Shown here: piece after piece, positions 25,942 through 38,188 of the stretch
Layout of the letters: every line of letters begins with the position of its first letter
Numbering within the stretch: position 1 is the first letter of the stretch
From: Octopus vulgaris
Taxonomy: Eukaryota
DNA length: 64,000 nucleotides
Direction: 5' to 3'
NCBI GenBank assembly: GCA_951406725.2
Contig: OX597836.1
Span: 41,106,001-41,170,000 of the forward strand
Program-made: the position numbers and the translations under genes
Notes under the pieces: model-generated
The model's input: only the letters and a program-made list of their open reading frames with translations
Told to the model about the DNA's origin: nothing
Database searches by the model: none

Positions 25942-26807
25942 TGCGACGGGCTTCTTTCGGTTTCCCTATACCAAATCCACTCACAAGTCTTTGGTCGACC
26001 CGAGACTGTACTAGAAGACATTTGCCCAAGGTACCACGCAGTGGGACTGAACCCAGAACCATGTGGTTCGTAAGCAAGCTACTCCTACGCCTATATATAA
26101 ACTAATGTATAATTATATCTTTTATCTTTGTTTCAGTCATTTGACTGCGGCCATGCTGGAGCACCACCTTGAGGAACTTTAGTCAAATGTATCGACCCAA
26201 GTACTTAATTTTTAAAAGCCTGGTACTTACTGAACTGGTCCCTTTTGCCGAAGCGCTAAGTTATGGGGACGTAAACACACCAGAACCAGTTGTCAAGCAT
26301 TGGTGGGGGACAAACACAAACACAAAGACACACACACACATACACACACACACACACATACAACACACACACAACACACACATGCACAAGTATTTATATA
26401 CGACGGGCTTCTTTCAGTTTCTTATTTCTTCATTGCTCTCAAGGGGCTAAGCATAGAGGGGACAAACAAGGACAGACAAACAGATTAAGTCGATTACATC
26501 GACCCTAGTGCATAACCGGTATTTATTTAATCGACCCCGAAAGGATGAAAAGCAAAGTCGACTTCGGCGGAATTTGAACTCAGAACGTAACGGCAGACGA
26601 AATACAGCTGCGCATTTCGCCCGGCGTGCTAACGTTTCTGCCAGCTCGCCGCCTTCTTTCGTTTCTGTCTACCAATTCCACTCACAAAGCTTTGGTCAGC
26701 CCGAGGCTCCAGAAGGTGACACTTGCCCAAAGTGCCACGTAGTGGGACTGAACCCAGAACCATGCGGTTGAGAAGGAAACTTCTTACCACACAGCCACGC
26801 CAGCGCC
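23887..26807. mobile_element. Cluster of SINE family A copies (23887-24298 +; 24445-24660, 24985-25409, 25630-26090, 26115-26807 -) with a family B copy nested at ~26420-26655 (-)
   Basis: Similarity to other copies of each family. Confidence 0.85.
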
Positions 26808-26971
26808 TATGTATGCAGAATTGTATTATGTATCTTCAATATACGTATATATGACTATTATAGTAATGTGCGTGTTGATGTACATGAATGTATATGTATA
26901 TATATGTGTACGTTCAAGTATACACATATGCACAAATGTAGGCATAAACGCATACATATTGATACGCAAAA

Positions 26972-27015
<44 letters not shown>

Positions 27016-27127
27016 CATATGCATATACATAACCGTGTGTGTTGCGTGAGTACATTCATAGACAAACACATTCATATACGTGCATACATACATACATACA
27101 TACATACATACATACATACATACATAC

Positions 27128-27690
27128 ATGGTGGCTGCCCCCTCGTTATCGAGTATGGCCATTGCACGAAGCGTAATCAATGTTGTTATCGTGCAATGCC
27201 TGTGCAAGAAGATTTTTTTTAAAGTGAGGAAAGGCTGTGCACTGAGTCAATCTCACTCGCTAAGCAACAGCAGCCATAATCCGAAAAGAAGAACAAGTCA
27301 ACATCATCGGTAACCACTGAGCCGCAGATTTTATATCGGAGTTATCCCAGTTACTTGAGTTACCTTCTCCTAGAAGGATGCCCTAACAAAGGCTAGGAGT
27401 CCTTCACTCCCAATGGTTTAACCGCGCGATCAGGTATTCAGTCCGATTATTTCTATGTCCCCGCGCATGATGCAGCCTTAAGACATTTATTGGATGGCCG
27501 TTGACTCTCAAGAGTTCCTCCGCCCTTTGACGGGTTTTGTTTTTCATCCCGTAGGGTGTCCAATAAACACCCTCCTCACCAAGCAATCTTGGTGGGGTTG
27601 CCGGTTTAGTCGCCGACGACCCGACTATGCAACAGGTTGTACTGGGTTACATGTTACCAGTAGCACTCGAAAGTGACCTGACATAACATA
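27128..27690 (-). mobile_element. RTE-like non-autonomous element inside (TACA)n
   Basis: Close paralogue at 34288-34840 and diverged relative at 45940-46200; contains an RTE 5'UTR-like TCTAGGAGAAGGTAACTC; no ORF. Confidence 0.5.
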
Positions 27691-28175
27691 ACATACATAT
27701 ATACATGCATGTATACATACACACACACGCGCACACACATACACACGAGTGATTAATTAAATTAAATTAAATGAAAATAAGGGGTGTAAGCAAAATAATA
27801 ATAATAATCCTTCCTACTATAGGCACAAGGCCTGAAATTTAGGGGTAGGGGACTAGTTGATTACATCGACCCCAGTGTCTCACTGGTACTTAATTTATTG
27901 ACCTCAAAAGGATGAAAGGCAAAGTCGACCTCAGCGGAATTTGAGCTTACAATTTGAGCGACAGGCGAAATACCAAAACGATAACAATAATGTTGAATCG
28001 ACAAGATGTTTATTGATAACACGGAATATTAAAATTGCTGATAACACATAAATGTGAAAATATGTGTCGGGCAAGAAATGTGTGTGTATAGGTGTGGAAT
28101 GGGGACCCGTTATCTATTATCTGTTCGGGGTTATGATGTTTAAATAAACATAAAATCTTTAAGAGTTTAGTCTCA

Positions 28176-28595
28176 GGCGTAGGAGTGGCTGTGTGGTAAG
28201 TAGCTTGCTCACCAACCACATGGTTCCGGGTTCAGTCCCACTGCATGGCACCTTGGGCGAGTGTCTTCTACTATAGCCTCGGGCCGACCAAAGCCTTGGG
28301 AGTGGATTTGGTAGACGGAAACTGAAAGAAGCCCGGTATATATATGTATATATATGTATATATGTATGTGTGTGTGTATGTTTGTGCGTCTGTGTTTGTC
28401 CCCCCAACATCGCTTGACAACCGATGCTGGTGTGTTTACGTCCCCGTAACTTAGCGGTTCGGCAAAAGAGACCGATAAAATAAGTACTAGGCTTACAAAG
28501 AATAAGTCCTGAGGTCGATTTGCTCGACTAAAGGTGCTCCAGCATGGCCACAGTCAAATGGCTGAAACCAGTAAAAGAGTAAAGAGTAAAGAGTA
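28176..28595 (+). mobile_element. SINE family A
   Basis: Full-length copy. Confidence 0.9.
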
Positions 28596-29099
28596 TAGAA
28601 AAACAACAGGGTAAGACCGTTAGGAGGAGAGGTTTGAAGGTGAAAGAGGAGGGCGAAATATTGTCTCTGAATAAATCTTTAAAGCGATAAACTTTTAAGT
28701 TTTAACACTTTGTAAGCTCATGATGCTGAGGCCTTCAAGATTCGAGATTCTTTGAGAGTTCTCTTAGAACCGTTTGGTAATTTTTACATTGTTCCCCAAA
28801 TTTTTTCTTCGAGGTTTTTTAAAGTTTGTGTAGTTTATTATACCCTAACCGTGTCACATTTTTTTTTTACATTTTTTTCGATTTTTACTTTTTCACATTT
28901 TCTTGTCTTGTCCGTAAGTATTTTTAACTTTTCTTAACTTCTCTCAACTTAACTTGATTTATTCAGATGCAATGCCTCACCCTCCCCTTTCACCTTCCCA
29001 GCTTCTTCTAACGGCTGTTGTCTTTCTATAGTAGTCCATAACCATGTTGCCTGAGATGCACCAGCACATTATCCTTTTAAATTTTACGCTTGAAAGATT

Positions 29100-29740
29100 T
29101 CATGCTCATATGAGCAAACCAGTTCAGAGCTGCAGTCTAGTTTGTTTTTAAGAAAGGAATTTCTCAAGAGTCGGAATTACATAATTATGAAAGTATGTTA
29201 TCTTTGTAAGTGTGGGTGGATGTTAATACTGTTTAGTTGGTGCTGGAGGGTATATTTCTAGCCTTTAAGGACCATATGTGACTAGAAAAGGAAGTACCAC
29301 TTCTTCTATTTGAGTTACCGAAAGTATAGGTGTGTTGTTAGTGTACCATTTTAAATGGATTTATAGTTATTGCATTGTTAGTGATTGTTGTGCTCTATAC
29401 TAAGTTGTTAGCAAAAGGGTTTCTGCGCAAAAGGCCAGGTGATAAGGCTTGCAACAGAATTTGTTGAATCCCTTCTGCTTGTTACGGTTCAAGTTAAGCA
29501 TTCGCTATTGTTTGTTCGAGGTCGTTTTAGCGTATGATATCTCGATGTTGTGTTTATTAATTACTTTACAATATTTTAGTTTAGAAGTAAAGTGTGTTTG
29601 TAGAATTTTAAGGAATAGAATAAGCTACTTGTATGGAGATCTGTAAGTCGAAAGGGGAGCAATACCAAACCATATTTCTATTTCTAGTTTTCTTAGATGA
29701 CGAGAAGGTATTAGCGAAATTTTCTTAACTAGGTTTCATT
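29100..29740 (-). pseudogene. Penelope-like element relic (RT thumb/linker + GIY-YIG endonuclease)
   Basis: KKTRNRNMVWYCSPF...FLKILQTHF...KVINKHNIEISY...FKM..*QHTYTF...TSFSSHIWSLKARNI...LCNS...SELVCSYEH, with stops and frameshifts. Confidence 0.7.
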
Positions 29741-29980
29741 TGCATTTTGGGTTGGTTAGACGAAAGGCGCAGGCGTGTGGTAAGTAGCTTGCTTACCAAA
29801 CACATAGTTCCGGGTTCAGTCCCACTGCATGGTACCTTGGGCGAATGTCTTCTACTATAGTTTCAGGCCGACCAAAGTTTTGTGAGTGGATTTGGTTGAC
29901 GGAAACTGAAAGAAGCCCATTTTATGTACATATATATATATATGTGTGTGTGTGTGTATGTGTGTGTGTGTGTGTGTGTA

Positions 29981-30040
<60 letters not shown>

Positions 30041-30457
30041 CGTAAATATAGAACGGTACTAAATTTAGATTCTTCTTTCTACGAACCCTTAAAAAGCAGT
30101 TAATGAAGGACTGCAATACTCTTTTACTTGTTTCAGTTATTTGAGTGCGGCCATGTTGGAGCACTGCCTTTAGCCGAACAAATTGACCTCGGGATTTATT
30201 CTTTGTAAGCCTAGTACTTATTCTATCGGTCTCTTTTTGTCGAACCGCTAAGTTACGGGGACGTAAACACACTAACATCGGTTGTCAAGCGGTGGTGGGG
30301 GACAAACACAGATGTAATCGACTTAATCCGTTTGTCTGTCTTTGTTCGTCCCCTCTGTGTTTAGCCCCTTGTGGGCGATAAAGAAATATACACTAGTGGC
30401 CATTGTTCAAAGTTTTTTGTGCAGGATTAGTTGTTTCAAAATGCCTGCCATGACGAG

Positions 30458-30525
<68 letters not shown>

Positions 30526-30565
30526 TAGCTCATATCCGTGAGCGCATGTATGTGTGTGTCTATGG

Positions 30566-30784
30566 CAGTGGTTTTCAACCAGGGTTCCGCGGAACATTAG
30601 GGTTCCGCCAGTACAGTCCAGGGGTTCCGCAAGAAATGACAAAACTGCTAAAATCGGCAGTAATTTTTAAGTTTCCTGAGCAGATATGTGTGCATAAGAC
30701 TATTAAATTATTGCACAGGGGTTCCTCGAGCCAGTGGAATGTTTCCTTGGGGTTCCGCTCCAGCAAAACGTTTGAAAAGCACTG
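30566..30784. mobile_element. hAT (Charlie-like) MITE
   Basis: TIRs CAGTGGTTTTCAA / TTGAAAAGCACTG; 8-bp TSD GTCTATGG/GTCTAAGG; GGGTTCC subterminal motifs. Confidence 0.85.
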
Positions 30785-31011
30785 GTCTAAGGTGTCTGTG
30801 TTTATATTTGTACTGGTTAAAATAAACCAGCGTTATCGCTTTTATTTCTTATCGTTGCTGTTCTATGAATGGAAATATCAGCAGCAGAAGAGGTTGCATA
30901 GCAGGATTGTTCCCATACACACCTTTACACTCTCTCATACTCAGATGAACAATCAACAATAAGATAAGACATACTGCATTATCGTCTTGAACCGTAAAAT
31001 TAAGAATTTTG

Positions 31012-31235
31012 GGATCTTTTCCTTTTGATGGACGGAATTTTCTAGTTAACTAAACAATTTGAAACTTCGTATACTGGTAGAATGTGTCAAAAGAAAACAT
31101 TATTGTAAACAAAATTGAAAACAAAATTGTAATTTGTAAGTTTAACGTAGTTTAATTCTTCGAATTTTAACCAATGTTTAAATTTCAAATTGTTTAGTTA
31201 ACTAGAAAATTCCGTCCATCAAAAGGAAAAGATCC
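31012..31235. mobile_element. GGATC-TIR MITE with 8-bp TSD (Merlin-like)
   Basis: About 52-bp perfect TIR; exact TSD GAATTTTG (31004-31011, 31236-31243). Confidence 0.75.
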
Positions 31236-31246
31236 GAATTTTGTTT

Positions 31247-31980
31247 TGATCTTTACCTTTTGACGTACAAATTTAAAAAATAATTTTTTGTAATTAAACA
31301 TTTTCAAACTTCGGACATTGGTAGAATCTGTCATATAAGACATGTTTTGCTCTTAGCATTTTTGAGAAAAACTTATATTTACGAAGTTATTTCACCGAAG
31401 TTATTTCACGTATAAGTTCTCGTATTTCGGTAATTTCAACCAATCAATGACGTGTATTCAGCTGAATAAAATTACTGTTGTTGTTTGTCAACAAGAACTT
31501 CCGGCGGTGTATTTTTCGTTTGTTATTGTTATTTATGACAACCCTAACTGTAAAACCCTAACCCTAACCCCAAAACCCTAACCTTAACCTTAAAACCCTA
31601 ACCCTAACACACTAACCCTAAAATCCTAATCCTAACCCTAAACCCTAACCCTAAAAGCCTAACATTAAACCCTTAAAACCAGTACAAACGCGCGAACGAT
31701 GTCATAAATAACAGTGACAAACGAAAAATACACCGCCGGAAGTTGTTGTTGACAAACAACGGCAGTAATTTTATTCATCTGAATACACGTCATTGATTGG
31801 TTGAAATAACCGAAATACGAGAACTTAAACGTGAAATAACTTCCTAAATGTGAGCTTTTCTCAAAAACACTAAAAGTAAAAGATGTTTTATATGACACAT
31901 TCTAACGGGTGTCCGAAGTTTGAAAGTGTTTAGTTACAAAAAATAATTTTTTAAATCTGGAGGTCAAAAGCTAAAGATCT
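31247..31980. mobile_element. Fold-back MITE (Merlin-like) with ~290-bp TIRs and a central (CCCTAA)n-like array
   Basis: Exact 8-bp TSD TTTTGTTT; telomere-like repeats at 31539-31680. Confidence 0.8.
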
Positions 31981-32528
31981 TTTTGTTTCATAAGAGTGAA
32001 ACGTTGAACAAAAGAACAGAAGTATGAGCACTTTGAATGCATGGAGGTAAGTATCTTCTGTGTAATCCCTACCTCCTTGAAGTTCCGCCAATTAGGAAAA
32101 AAAAAAAAGCCAAGAAACCAGCAAACAAAAGACCGTTAGTTTGGAGGTATTTCGAAGAAAATTGTAAAAAGAATGTTGCTTAAAACAAACAACCGGGTTT
32201 CGTTAGTTCTAAGATAACAGTTCTTAGAAACGGACTCACTTGTAAAAAGTTTAAAACCCTATTGCAATGATAAGTAGAGAAAAAAAAATAACGTTTGGAG
32301 GAGTTCCACGTAAGCCAACGTGAAATGAAAGTTTGTGTTTGGAGCAAGCGTTTTTATTAGTGTTAATGACGCGACTTTTAAAACGTATTGAGATAAGCGA
32401 TTTTAAGGTAGGGTATTTGGAAATATTTCAAAATATACTCAAACAGAAATATGCATATGAATAGACATACACACACACACATGATTCCTTGCATCATTCA
32501 ATATTTTTTGCTCCAACCTGCATTCAGC

Positions 32529-32603
<75 letters not shown>

Positions 32604-33034
32604 AAACACACACAAGTCGTGGCTCAAGTATTTCTTCTCCGTGTCTGTTATTTGCATGACGGGGAGACATTCCTAAAAGCTATCGTTCTGTCCCCCACCG
32701 GAAAGCCCCTGTTCACAGTAAAATAATTACAACATTTAACGCGCGGGTCTTAACCAAAGCGAGTGTACAGGTGTCAATGACTGATACCTCCTCCTCCCCG
32801 CCTCCTCTTCGCCTCCTCCTCTTCGCCTCCTCCCCTCTCCTCGTTCTCCTCTCCTCTTTGCCCTACTCTTCTTCGTTTTCCCCCACTCTCACCACCTCAA
32901 CGCATCCCCTCACAAGTTGCTGGTTATCAGCAGAAGGTCAAGGGGTTTTTTTGCGACTTGTGTTACGTATATGCATATAAGTATATACATCCATATACAT
33001 CCATATACACACATATATACACACATGAGCACAC

Positions 33035-33110
<76 letters not shown>

Positions 33111-33603
33111 GTCTATCTGTCTATCTACCCATATGTTTCTGTGTGTATATGTGAGTGCGCGCATGCGTAGGTGATTTCATTTCATTATCCCCTCCCTTTT
33201 ATACACTCAAACACACATATACCCCAACACGCAAGATATATGTTTGAGTGTATAAATGAAAGGAGATAATAAAACGAAATCATACACGCATGCGCACTCC
33301 CCCCTCACACATATGTATAATAGAAATATGTTTCAAAAAGAAAATAGAAACTACACGTGGAAAGATATGAGGAAAGTAAGAAGAAAAAAGCGAAACTGCA
33401 CATTGAATATCAAAAATATAAAAGCTTTTCCTTAAAAAAATGAAAAGCAGCAATAGATAAATACAATTATATGAACTGAGGTAGAATTAAGAGGAATTAA
33501 ATTCATTATTTGAATTGTTAAAGAAATTCAAAGTCAAACCGGTTTCGTCATTGCTGTTTTTGCATAAATGGGAAGAGTTTTCATTTTAATGGATTTATAA
33601 CAT

Positions 33604-33766
33604 AGGCGCAGGAGTGGCTGTGTGGTAAGTAGCTTGCTAACCAACCACATGGTTCCGGGTTCAGTCCCACTGCGTGGCACCTTGGGCAAGTGTCTTCTGC
33701 TATAGCCCCGGGCCGACCAATGCCTTGTGAGTGGATTTGGTAGACGGAAACTGAAAGAAGCCTGTC

Positions 33767-33834
<68 letters not shown>

Positions 33835-34035
33835 TTGTGTGTCTGTGTTTGTTCCCCTAGCATTGCTTGACAACCGATGCTGGTGTGTTTACGTCCCCGT
33901 AACTTAGCGGTTCGGCAAAAGAGACCGATAGAATAAGTACTGGGCTTACAAAGAATAAGTCCCGGGGTTGATTTGCTCGACTAAAGGCGGTGCTCCAGCA
34001 TGGCCACAGTCAAATGACTGAAACAAGTAAAAGAG
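33604..34035 (+). mobile_element. SINE family A
   Basis: Full-length copy. Confidence 0.9.
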
Positions 34036-34287
34036 AAAGAGAAAGAGAGTCTAACATATTATTCATATATCCCTGGAATAGTCTTGCCTCAAGTATAGAA
34101 ACCTTGTCAGTTTGTTTAGGGATCGGTTTGGATGTTGGGAAGAAGAGCTTAGATATATCACAAAAATATGCATACCTACATATATTGATACAAACATATA
34201 TACATAAATGCACAGATACATACATACATACATACATACATACATACATACATACATACATACATACATACATACATACATACATAC

Positions 34288-34840
34288 ATCGAGTATGGCC
34301 GTTATCGAGTATGGCCATTGCACGAAGCTTAATCAATGTTGTTATCGTGCAATGCCTGTGCAAGAAGATTTCTTTAAAGTGAGGAAAGGCTGTGCACTGA
34401 GTCAATCCCACTCACTAAGCAACAGCAGCCATAATCCGAAAAGAAGAACAAGTCAACATCATCGGTAACCACTGAGCCTCAGGTTTTATGTCGGAGTTAT
34501 CCCAGGTACCTGAGTTACCTTCTCCTAGAAGGATGCCCTAACAAAGGCTAGGAGTCCTTCACTCCAAATGGTTTAACCGCGCGTTCAGGTATTCAGTCCG
34601 ATTATTTCTAATCCCCGTGAATGATACAGCCTTAAGACATTTATTGGATGTTGACTCTCAAGAGTTCTTCTGCCCTTTGACGGGTTTTGTTTTTCATCCC
34701 GCAGGGTGTCCAATAAACACCCTCCTCACCAAGCAAACTTGGTGGGGTTGCCAGTTTAGTCGCCGACGACCCGACAATGCAACAGGTTGTACTGGGTTAC
34801 ATGTTACCAGTAGCACTCGAAAGTGATCTGACATAACATA
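34288..34840 (-). mobile_element. RTE-like non-autonomous element inside (TACA)n
   Basis: Paralogue of 27128-27690. Confidence 0.5.
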
Positions 34841-34870
34841 CATACATACATACATACATACATACATACA

Positions 34871-34904
<34 letters not shown>

Positions 34905-35298
34905 CATACATACATACATAATACATACATACATGCATACATGTCAGAAATGTCAGTTATTTCTCTCCTTCTGTATATATATATATACTACCACACAAAC
35001 ATGATTTTTATTGAACCCAAAATACTTATTGTATTCCCTTTCTTGTATACTTTCATGTAAACTGTTTTTAACATTTTCTTATCATGATCAAAGACTATAT
35101 AACTATTTTAATACTTTTGTCGTAACCATTTTTTAACACAACGAAGCTTATACAAAGCTTTACATTTTACTTTTGATAATTTTTTCCTAAAAAAGTGAAA
35201 CCGGTCAAGTCAATAAACATCTTTAAAAGACCTTTTCATTTTCAAACCTTCTTTCATATATATTTTCAGTCGTGGTGTTCCTTACAACTTTACTTTGT

Positions 35299-35331
<33 letters not shown>

Positions 35332-35455
35332 GCATGCAAATATCCATACATACATACAAGCACACATACATACATACCGAGCGTTAAACTAATATATCTG
35401 TTTATTGTGTACACCAATTGTCTTCGTCTTTTGTTTTTGTGAATTCTCCCTACAT

Positions 35456-35486
<31 letters not shown>

Positions 35487-35749
35487 ATAACAAAATAATA
35501 AATAAAACATATGCATATATACATATACAGATATGTACGTACCTACATTTATATGTATATATACATGCATATATGGGTACAGGACACTAAAACAACGTCG
35601 AACACAACGAGAAACGAAAACATAAAAACAAAACCATGGAAACGGAATTTTTTTAAACAACGAAAAAACAGAGTACAAGACATAAAACACAAAGAAAATT
35701 CCTCTTCTTCAGCCGCCCCTCCTTCGTTTACTCCGTGTTTCGAAACACA

Positions 35750-35779
<30 letters not shown>

Positions 35780-35783
<4 letters not shown>

Positions 35784-35926
35784 GAAGAAGAAAGAGGAGG
35801 AGAAGAAGAAGAAAGAGAAAGAGAAGGAGATGAAGAAAGAGAAGAAGAGGAAGAAGAAGAAGAAGAAAGAGAAGGGGATGAAGAAAGAGAAGAAGATGAA
35901 GATAGAGAAGAAGAAGATGAAGAAAG

Positions 35927-35959
<33 letters not shown>

Positions 35960-36119
35960 AGAAGAAGAAGAAGAAGAAAGAGAAGGAGATGAAGAAAGAG
36001 AAGAAGAAGATGAAGAAAGAGAAGAAGAAGATGAAGAAAGAGAAGAAGATGAAGAAAGAGAAGAAGAAGAGGAAGAAGAAGAAGGAGAAGAAGAAGAAGA
36101 AGAAGAAGAAGAAGAAGGA

Positions 36120-36164
<45 letters not shown>

Positions 36165-36311
36165 AGAGAAGGAGATGAAGAAAGAGAAGAAGAAGATGAA
36201 GAAAGAGAAGAAGATGAAGAAAGAGAAGAAGAAGAAAGAGAAGGAGATGAAGAAAGAGAAGAAGATGAAGAAAGAGAAGAAGAAGAGGAAGAAGAAGAAG
36301 GAGAAGAAGAA

Positions 36312-36344
<33 letters not shown>

Positions 36345-36635
36345 AGAGAAGGAGATGAAGAAAGAGAAGAAGAAGATGAAGAAAGAGAAGAAGATGAAGA
36401 AAGAGAAGAAGATGAAGAAAGAGAAGAAGAAGAAAGAGAAGGAGATGAAGAAAGAGAAGAAGATGAAGAAAGAGAAGAAGAAGAGGAAGAAGAAGGAGAA
36501 GAGATGAAGAAGATGAAGAAGAAGAAGATGAAGGAGAAGAAGTGGAAGAAGAAGGAGAAGTAGAAGAAGAAGAAGAAGAAGAAGAAGAAGAAGAAGAAGA
36601 AGAAGAAGAAGAAGAAGAAGAAGAAGAAGAAGAAG
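35780..36635. repeat. (GAA)n-based purine array with higher-order GAT/AGA variants
   Basis: About 855 bp of near-pure purine strand. Confidence 0.95.
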
Positions 36636-36639
36636 GAGC

Positions 36640-37139
36640 CACAGCTGACTGGTTTGCAGAATACAGTCGAGACCTTTTTGGAAGCGCGCTAAAGCATTTT
36701 GTATTGAAACTGAGCAAAGCGCGACAGAAACCTATGAAATGTTCCAGACTGTTTAGGGATTGACTTTCTCATTGGCACAAGTAGTTCAAGGGGCGGTGGA
36801 AGGGAGGTGAGAGACGATGGGACGTGTCGGTTAGAGAGGGGCATCAGAAGGTCAGAGCTGACTAGGAAAATTTGTAATATTCTGCAATAAAACCGCTGTG
36901 TATGTATGTATGTATGTACGTATGTATGTATATATATATATATATATGTATGTATATATATATATATATGTATATATATATTTATATATATATATATGCA
37001 GATCGTGTATCAATAGCTATCTTGATGGCGGTGGCCTCATGGAGCTGACCAGCGGCAGCGATTATTCTTATATCTATAAGAATGCCATATTAATATGGCG
37101 ATAACAATTAATTTATATGTATATATATAAAATATATAT

Positions 37140-37204
<65 letters not shown>

Positions 37205-38021
37205 ATGTATATGTATGTATATGTATATATGTATGTATGTGTATGTCTATGTATATGTAATAAGCATACGATTTGGAATTGGTGTAACTCTGACTGTTCA
37301 CAGAATTATATTCCCGAAGATCTAAACACGTGCGAAATTTGAGCAAGGTTTGATCGCCTGGGTGTATTTGACAGAGGTGGGCTTCAAAACTGTCCCTCGC
37401 CCTCTCTACAGTTCTGACCTTGTTCCCTGTGACTTTTGGCTGTGTCTCAAGTTGAAGTTAAGGTGAGACAGTGTCACGTGACAACTTGCTGGGGCTGCCT
37501 ACTGGAGCCTATGCGGCAGGTATTTAAAGGGAGAAATTTGACAAGACAGTCAGTCACCGGCTGACACTCGCTGACGCTACATCGAAGAGGCCAGGGAACA
37601 GAAGAAAGAAGACATGCACCCAACACCAAAGCTGAAGACACCTCCGAAAGGGGGGGGGGCGCCACGTCAAAACGGTAGAGGAGTAGGGGCCGAAACTGGA
37701 CGTGGTTCCTCCTGATGATGTCTTGAGCAAACTGGATCCTATAAAGGAGCTGTTGTGGTAGCAGACCACGAAACACGGTTGTAATTCCTTCCCTCAGGGG
37801 CAATCGTTTTGAAGACATTGAGAAGATGGGTGCTGTGACAAGAGTGCTGGAGGCCTTCACATTGGAAAAACTTCCACGAGATCTTCACAAAACGACTGGA
37901 ACACTACAAGTGCATTGAGGTCGGAGGATCCCGTTTTGAAGGAGTTTAAAATTTTGTACTCCTTCGAATTAATAAGTGTCTCCCCTGAGAAAGTCAGAAA
38001 ACTTCTGGAATGCACCTTGTA
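36640..38021 (+). pseudogene. Fragmented mariner transposon interrupted by insertions
   Basis: ATETYEMFQT...HWHK*FKG (36700-36800); VPRPLYSSDLVPCDFWLCLKLK (37390-37457); LRGNRFEDIE...KCIEVGG; TIR ending TGCACCTTGTA. Confidence 0.75.
37457..37793 (+). mobile_element. GC-rich insertion into the mariner relic with several hammerhead half-cores
   Basis: Splits LKLK|LRG; contains CTGAAGA, CTGATGA and two GAAAC with paired flanks. Confidence 0.5.
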
Positions 38022-38188
38022 TGTACAAACAAGCAGTAATATAATTCATATGCACACAATCACGCGTACATATGCAATACATATGCCATGCACATACATA
38101 AGCAGTAATGAAGCATATGACACGAAACCCCACAAGTGCCAGTTTATCCCCAAAGCTCTTACGTGTGCGCAACACGCATACATATATG

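Noticed and set aside
31539-31680. True telomere or chromosome-fusion scar
   Set aside because: Short, degenerate, single orientation, and enclosed by a MITE with a TSD.
35511-36717. Glu-rich, Lys-rich and Leu-rich ORFs
   Set aside because: These are translations of a (GAA)n array entered from a repeat and (TA)n.
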